Shown: one piece after another, positions 43,001-52,000 of the stretch
Layout of the letters: every line of letters starts with the position of its first letter
Position numbering within the stretch: position 1 is the first letter of the stretch
NCBI GenBank assembly: GCA_018920345.1
Contig: JAHLMN010000005.1
Coordinates: forward strand, 12,255 to 76,254
Direction: 5' to 3'
From: Candidatus Aenigmatarchaeota archaeon
GTDB lineage: Archaea; Aenigmatarchaeota; Aenigmatarchaeia; CG10238-14
DNA length: 64,000 nucleotides
Position numbers and translations under genes: made by a program
Notes under the pieces: generated by a model
What the model was told of the DNA's origin: nothing
What the model saw: the letters and a program-made list of their open reading frames with translations, nothing else
Databases searched by the model: none

Positions 43001-46000
43001 CGATGATTTGCAGTATGATAATGTTACATGCACATTATTTGTTTCAACAGATAATGGGTTAACATGGAAAAACAAAGGCAATTATACTGTTTATGGCGGT
43101 CGTGGCAAATGCATAGTCAATGTTTCTGATTTTGATTGTGGTGATATAGGAAATGACAATAGATATTTGTTCCAATTATATGACGGTACAAATTTAATAA
43201 ACACAACAAACAATACAAATCTAATAATAGAGCCAAACGATGTTGAAATAATATACATTTCTGGCAATAATACATTTGTCAACAGAAGTGGCAATCAATA
43301 TACAACATTTGTTGTACAAGTTCATGATCTAGATGCTAATACTTATCCAAAAGATGTAAACATGTCAGTATTTGTTACAGTCGACAAAACAAACTATTTA
43401 ATAAACTCAACACCTAGATCTGACATCAATGGTATGCTTTACTATAACTTTAATCCATCTTGTACTTTTAATGAATTAGGTATGCAATATTGGCTCATAG
43501 GTGCAGATAACAATGTTTGCTATAAGAGTGTTAACACAACTCAAAATTATACAGTCAATATAATAGGAGACATTTTAAACAGACTAACAACACCAAGTGG
43601 TCAAGACTTTTTAAGAGGAGAAGATAATATTACTTTCACTATAGAAACATCAGATGATTGTGCTGCACCTGTGGATAATGCAAATATTAATTTGACATTA
43701 ATAAGCGAATATGGAAATACATACAGTTGCGAACCAATAGATGAGTTTGGCGGAGGAATTTATTATTGCACTAAAAATACAAGTGGCATGAGAGCAAGAT
43801 GGTATAATGTAAGTGTAAACACGAGCAAAGAATTCTTTAACACAAATGTTTCTTTACATGTAAGACCATTTTTCATTAAAACCATGCCAATAGTGCAGAA
43901 TTTAACTATAACACCAGCACAAGATTGGGGTTGGGGTGAAAAATATATATTTACAGCAAATGTCACTGATGAAGATTTAGACACAGTTTACGTCAATCTA
44001 TATTATACACCAGTCGGTTTTGATGATTGGGTTCAAATAAATTCAACAACAATAACTTCACCATTCAATACAACTGTTACATTAACATATCAAGGATTTA
44101 CATGCTCTGATATAGATTACGAGCAAGAATTTGAATTTACTGTTTTAGACAATAGATCTTACTTGGTTAATAGTACAGTACGGGAGCCATGGAAGAAGAA
44201 ATTCAATTTAACAAAAGATGATGTTCAAATAATTTATGAAGCAGGAAATGGCGAAGAGGTATGGAGAAACGGTACTGACTCAAGAAGATTAAGCATAAGA
44301 GTATATGATACTGATAAAGGCAGTTATCCTGGCTCAGGCTACAACGGCATGTTCTGGGTAACGACAAATTATGCTCAATTTGATATAGGCAAAGCGACAA
44401 CAACAAACTCTTCAAGCTTTTTGAATTATTATTTCACTTCCGAAGCACCTCAGCCTGAGTGCGATTATTTAACAGGTGTGCAAAAATGGAAAGCTGGCAT
44501 ATATGATGATGCATGCTATAAAGATACTAACTCAACCAATTATACAATTACAATTAAATCAGAGTTAAGGCCACAAATAGATTATCCATATGGACAAGGT
44601 TTCATAAGACCAAATCCAGTTCCATTCATTGCAAGAATATATGATGATTGTGGTTTGGTTTCAGGGGCGACAACAACTTGGACAGCATATAATGGACCAA
44701 ACGAATATGGTTGCACCAATAAAACAGAAGCTAATGGCTGGTATAATTGTACATGGCCATCTGCTAACAGACCTTATGGATATTACAATCTTCAATTTGC
44801 TGCTACCAAAAACTATTATGCACCTAATAACACTTATAGAGCAAACGCATACTTCTTAGGCACTCTACCACAACTTTCTGATCCAAAGATACTCAACAAT
44901 CATTATTTAGGTGGATGGGGAGAAACTTATGAATTTTCTGTTAAGCTAACAGATTTTGACTTGAACACAAACAATGTAAGTGTTTGGAAGAGTTTTGACG
45001 CTCAAAATTGGACTCTAGTTGCTTCGCAAAATGTTTCTAATGCTGTTAATCAGCAAATAATCTTCCCAGTAAAATTCAACTGCAGTGACATGGGCTTTAA
45101 CTATTTCTACTTTACTTCTGTTGACCAGTTTGGCTATTCAACAAACACAACAATATTGAATTTCACTTTAGAAGCTGATAATGTCACTTTATCTATTGGT
45201 CTAATAAATACAACTGTTAGAAGAATAGGAGAACAACAAGCTTTGTTGAACTTTACAATTTATGATGATGATTATGGAAGATATGCACCAAATGCTTTAG
45301 GCAACATAAACATTACTTTAGATTATTCTAACTATTCTTATGTCTTCAATTGTACTACTAATGAAAGAGGTCAATGTTATATATATTATAATCCAAACTG
45401 CTCTTCTTTAGCTGGTGTACAAAGTTGGATAGGTAAAACAGTTGATAGCTGTTATCAAATAAAAGAAACTTCACCAACTAGCTTGGCTGTCATAGGCCAA
45501 TTAAACACATCTATTTTGAATCCTTACAATGGACAAATATTGAACAGAAATCAAAATGCTTCACTAAACACAATAATATTAGATGAATGCTTTAATGAAG
45601 TAAGTGGGGCAACAGCTTTATGGTATAATGAAACTTGGAGCAACATAGCTTCTGGTTACAATACTAATTGGATAATACCAACTTATTATGAGCTTGGTCC
45701 AGAAACAATTTATCTAAATGTAAGCAAAACATATTATGATCCAAACAGCAACAAAACAAATGTCTACATATATGGTTGGAGCGGCATTAGCATCTTAAAC
45801 CCACTTGATTCATCATTCTATTTAGCTGGAACATCAGTAAATGTTAAATGCAAAGTTATAGATCTAAACACAACAATGCCTTTACAATCATATATGGTCA
45901 AATTCTATAAGAATGGAACTTTAATGGACACACAACCAACTAATTCAGATGGCGAGGCATTTTGGTTATGGCAAACCATGACAGAAAATTATGGATGGTA

Positions 46001-49000
46001 TAACATTACATGCTCAATAGATGATAATACAGTTATGTATTACAATGCAAGTATTCCAAGAGCAACTTCTCTTGTTGAAATAAAGAGGCCTTTGATAATT
46101 CAATCAATAGATAAAAGTTCTCCATTTGTTTATAGAAATGATAGTTTTGTTCCAAATAATGTTAACATAACAGTAAGAATTAAAGATGCATTAATTGGAG
46201 ATGCAGAAAATGCAAATGTTACTTTCTATAATTCTACTGGTTTAATAGATTGGTGTTTGACAAATTCAACAGGTCAATGCTTTATAACATTTAATCCAGC
46301 TGATACAATAACACCAAACATTTATACAATTTATGTTAATGCAACTAAAGTAGGCTTACAAGACTCTGTTACAAATACAACAACAATAGAAGTGAAAGGA
46401 AAGCTTTTTGTCAACATATCTTCACCTTTAAACAATAGTTTCTGGGCAAGAACAGACAATATAGCTTTAATAGCTTCTGTTTATGATGAAGCTGGTCAGG
46501 AAACAACAGCAACAGTAAGATGGTTTAATGAAACAGCTCAAGTTGCCTCTGGCGAAAACAGCAATTGGTATTTAATAGAGCAAACAACAGGTAATCATAC
46601 ATTAACAGTAAATGCCACAAGAGATTATTATGATAAAGGTGAACAAACAATAATAATAACAATAAGCAGCTTGTCAGATGTTCAATGGATTTATCCAAAT
46701 GATGGCAGCATAATGCCATACCCAGATGCATTCAACACTTTATGTAGAGTAATAGATAGCAGCACAGGCACTCCAATACCAAATTACATGGTGCAATTCT
46801 GGTATAACTATACACCTGGTTATATTTTCAATGGTACATTGTATACAAATGCTTCTGGTATAGCAACAAATACATGGCAACCTCCACAAAAAGGTCAAGT
46901 TATGTTTAGATGCAATATAACAAATGATTATGAAAAATTATATACAGCAAACATAAAAGAGGCATTTGCACTAATTACAATAAGAGATATAAGACCACCA
47001 CAAATAAACAATATTTCTATTCAACCTTATGCAGGTTTAGAAGCCAATTTAAATTACACAAACATCTCAGCTGTTATAACAGATGATATAGCTGTATATG
47101 AAGCCTGGGCACAAATAACAATGCCTAACAGTACTATATTGAACTTAACAATGCCTAATAGTGGTAATACTTATAGTGTTTTGTATCTACCTCCAATAGG
47201 AGGAAATTATAGTGTAAGAATATATGCAAGAGATTATCCACCAGAAAGCAACTCCAACAACACATTTGCAGGAACATTTTATGTAAATGGCAAAACTAAT
47301 GGTATTATAACTCAACCTGATAATATACAAATAAATGGCATAACATGGACAAGCTCTGAATCAGCAGAATTAACAATCAATTTCACTAATATAGGCCCAG
47401 CAACTGCTTATGCTGTCAATATTTCATTCATTTCTGATCCATTAAATTCACTTATATTAAATGAAACCATTCATGAATGTGGCACAGTCTATAATCAAAG
47501 CTCTTGTATATTTGGTTTACTAGTCACAGTGCCAGCTGCTACACCACCTTCAGCTATCAAACTTATATCAAATGCAACTTGGCGCAATCCTGACTTGACA
47601 AAAAGTTTCACAACAGAAGATACTAATTTTGTTGTTATTTCAAACAAGATAATTGATATATTACAAGACAACATAACAGCTATTGCTCCTCATGACAAGC
47701 TTACTGATTTACCTGATATAACTGTTCAATCTTTAGGAAATGACATGATAACTGATATAAGCATAACAACAACAGGCGGCAACATATCAACATTATGTCC
47801 AGACTGCGAACTAATAATTGTTCCAAATGAATGGGGTCTACTTGAAGCAGGAGCAAGCTTTGTTTCTGATTTACGTATAAATGTGCCAAGAGCACAACCA
47901 CCAGGAACATACTGGACTTATATCAAGGCAGCATCAGTTGAAACATCGCCAGACTTGATGCCTTTGTATATTACAGTGCCGCTAAATACATCATGGTCAC
48001 GCTCTCCTGAAAACTTTGGCTTAATATTAGCTCCACCAAACACATCTGGTTATATAGGTGAAATAACAACAACAAGCTTTGCAAATATAAGATTAATATT
48101 AAATGCTTACAAACTACAGAACGGCTCACAACTTTTCAACATTTATCCATCTGCTTTCAGTCTTGACAATGGCGCTGTGAGAAACATCACTGTCACATAC
48201 AATATACCCTCATCTTTCATTTCTTCTCAAGGATTATATTATGCTCAAATAATTATAACAAATGAAACAGCAATGCCAAATGAATACAGAACAGAATTCT
48301 GGTTAAATGTTACAGATATACCTCCAATAATATCAAATGTATCTTTTGTGCCAACTGAGTTTGAAATGATTTATGAATCAACAAATATATCAGCAATTAT
48401 TAGAGATAATTTTGCAGTAAGCTCAGCTTTCCTAAATATAACTTTACCTAATAGCACTAGCTTTACTCAACCTATGAATAATACAGGCTCTTATTATTCA
48501 ACTATTTACACAAGCAACATACATGGCTATCATAATATAAGTATTTGTGCAATTGATACCCAAGGCTTACAGGGTTGTACAGAACCAACACCAATATTAG
48601 TTTCAGGTGAAACAACAATAAGAAATGTCTTTAACATAAGCAAAGCAGTCGTGCCTAACATCACTTTGTCAAATGGAAATGAATTTGCAATAACATTTAC
48701 AACAAATAACACAGGTTTATCAAGAGCATTTAATATTTCAGTAAATATAACAACACCTTCAAACATATCATCAAACATAAATTCAACTTTCTATTCATTG
48801 CTTTTAAAGAATCAATCATCTAGTCAAGTAGTTGAATTTAATGTTTCAGCTGCGACAAGACCAGGCATTTACAAAATTAATTTCACAAACAATTGGACAA
48901 ATTTAGATCAAACCATTTCCTCTTCCCTCGATCAGCTAGAAGTAGAAGTATTATCAAATCCAAGATTGAATACAACTGAAAACATTACAGTTTATGTACC

Positions 49001-52000
49001 AGATGGAACTACAAACAACGCTACTATGATATTGCAAGCATCAGGTAATGATGATGTCTACAACATAACATTCTCCTGTCTTGATGGTGTAGCTTGTCAA
49101 GACTTTAATGTTTCATTCTATCCAACATTCATAAACAGAATTAATCTAACTGATACAGATTTAGTAAACATTTCAGTTTCAGTGCCAAAACAATATATGA
49201 CAGGAAGATATAATGGAACAATACTAGTAAATGCAACAAACTTTTCCATGGTCGTGCCTCTATATGTAATAGTCCCAATGAACATTTCTTGGTCTCAAAC
49301 ACCTTTAGAGATTAGCAAGACAGTTTTAGGCGATACAAAAGGTGTATTTGGTGAAATAGAATTGCAAAACACAGGCAATGCACCTGTAATTCTAGAAATT
49401 CTCAAATCAGGAAATATTAGCAACTATATATCTTTATCTGAGAGCAGCATAACAATACCAATAGGTCAAACATATTTAATAAAAATAAACTATACAGTTC
49501 CTGTCATAAATCAAGAAAGCAACTTTACAGGTGAAATAATTATAAGAAATACAACAGCTGACCAACAAAAACAAACATCTGTTTCTCTATATGTATTGCC
49601 ATACTATGTAAACATAACAAAACCAACCGAAGTTGAACCTATTGTAAACATAGCATTTGGAGATGTAGTAACATCTTATGTCAATGTAACATATAGTCAA
49701 ACAATAACAGAAAATGTAACATTCTATTTAAGAATTGGAAACGAATCATTCTCACAAGCAATAGTGGTTGATTCATCTCAATTCTTACCTGACATGCAAT
49801 TATGGCAAATAAACTTCACTGCACCTTTATTACCTGAAAACAGAGCTTATGATTTAAATGTAACAGCTTACTATTCAACAAAGAATGTTACAAGAAGTGA
49901 TATAGAATATAAAGCAATAAACTATAGAGATTCTATACCACCAAATATAACATTAATAACGCCACTCAAAGTTCCAGCTGGTTATATAGCTATAATAGAT
50001 GCACTAATATATGAAGAAGGCAATCTAAAGAATGTTTCTGGTATAATAACATATCCAGATAATAGAACAGAGTATGTTAATTTTGCAAGATTAAAGAGAA
50101 CAAACAACACATATTATTATCAACACAATATAACTAATACAACTTTGCTTGGCGTTTACACAATAAATGCAACAACTTGTGACTTTTCAGGTAATTGTGC
50201 TAATGCCTCAGCAGAATTTAGCATATATCCAGCTGCATTATTCCATGGTTATTCAAAAGATTATGAAGCAGCTTCTGAGCCAGTACAATTTGTTAACTTT
50301 AGCTTATATCAACCTGGAGTAGAATTGCTTTTATTCAACATTACACCTAACATGCAAACAGGTTATTATTCTGCTTTAATAGATGCAAGATCATATGACT
50401 TGCAAGCTTCCATATTCAATTCTACTGTTTTAGCCAGAGATGTTGAAATTATACAAGATGTCTTCAATCCAATAATATTTGGTGATATACCATCAGAAAA
50501 AATAAGTCTTGGTGCATTAACAGGTTTGTATGTAGAATCTATATTGAATACAACTAACACAAGCATTAAGATAGATTATTCACCTTATATTAGCAAGGAA
50601 ATATGTAAGATGAATAATGATTGTAGACCAGCATTATTCTTTGAAGAACATCTTTCATTATTTAGATGCAACGCTTGGACAAGAAAGATTGGTTGCTCAG
50701 GTGGTTGGACAAGGCTAGATACAAAAATAAATACTACATTACACTTTGCTGAAGTTGAAGTTATAGGCAATATTTCAGGTGCTTATGCATTAGCTCCATA
50801 TATTTGTGGCGATGGCATATGTGATCATGGTTATGGAGAGTCACCGTTCACATGTCCAAGAGATTGTGAATTACCAAGGCCAGTACCTGTTCCACCAGCA
50901 GCAGGAGGTGGGGGTGCAGGTGGAGGCGGTGGTGGAGGTGCTGCAGGAGGAAGAGAAGTAAGCATATCTGTACCAGGATTGCCTTATTCAATAAAATCAA
51001 CTTTGTTATTCATCACAATAAAGCCAGGTGAGCAAGAAATACACTCTATTGAAATATCAAATAATGAAGACAAAGAGATAGAAGGCCAACTAAAAGTAGA
51101 AGGATTTGCTTGGGAAATGATAATGCTTGAAGAGCCAGTGTTTAAAGTGGCACCAAAAACTACCAAAGTAATAAAAGTTAAAGTCTTTGCCCTACCAACA
51201 ACTCAGCCTGGTATATATACAGCTGATCTAGTCACAACAATTAATGGCGAACAGCATAGAACACCAATAACAATAAAAGTTGAATATGGTCCAGAGCCAC
51301 TATTAGACGTAAAGATAGAAGCATTATCCAAATCAGTGAGACCAGGAGAAGAGGCAAAATTCCAAGTTACAGTGCTAAATATGGGTCAGACCGCGACAGT
51401 AGAAGATATAGTATTGAATTATACATTAAGGAATTTAAGAACAAACGAGATGATTTCTGTTGGGCAAGAAACAATAGCTGTAGAAGATGTTAATACATTC
51501 ATCAAATCCTTCCATATACCAGAAGATACACCAACTGATAGATATGTCATAGAAGTTACAGCAAGCTATTGGTATGGCAAAAAACAAGCTAGAGCAGCTG
51601 CAGCATTTGATGTTGTTTACTTGCCAGCACCATTGATAATATTGAAAGCTCTTGCTACAAGCTGGATCACATATTTAGTAGTCCTTATAATTGCGCCAGC
51701 TGCTGCAGTTGGCTATAGAGCTTACAGATATTATACAACTATGAAGAAGATTAAAGCCAAATACATATTCCCTGTTGATATAAAGAAGTTACCACAACCA
51801 GGACCAAACACAATATTAGTTGGTAAAGTTGCTGAAACAGATATAAATGCTTATACAGATGTCAACAAGCTTGTCATGCATAGCTTAGCAGCAGGAGGTA
51901 CTGGATCTGGTAAAACAGTATCGGCTATGGTTACAGCAGAAGAATTGCTAAAGAGAGATATACCAATAATTGTCTTTGACCCAACAGCTCAATGGACAGG

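Noticed and set aside
50897-50950. Considered the GGN/GCN run as a possible slippage frameshift or assembly artefact splitting the giant ORF.
   Set aside because: The frame is maintained through the run. Flanking sequence on both sides is coherent protein (Cys module before, CARDB-like domains after).
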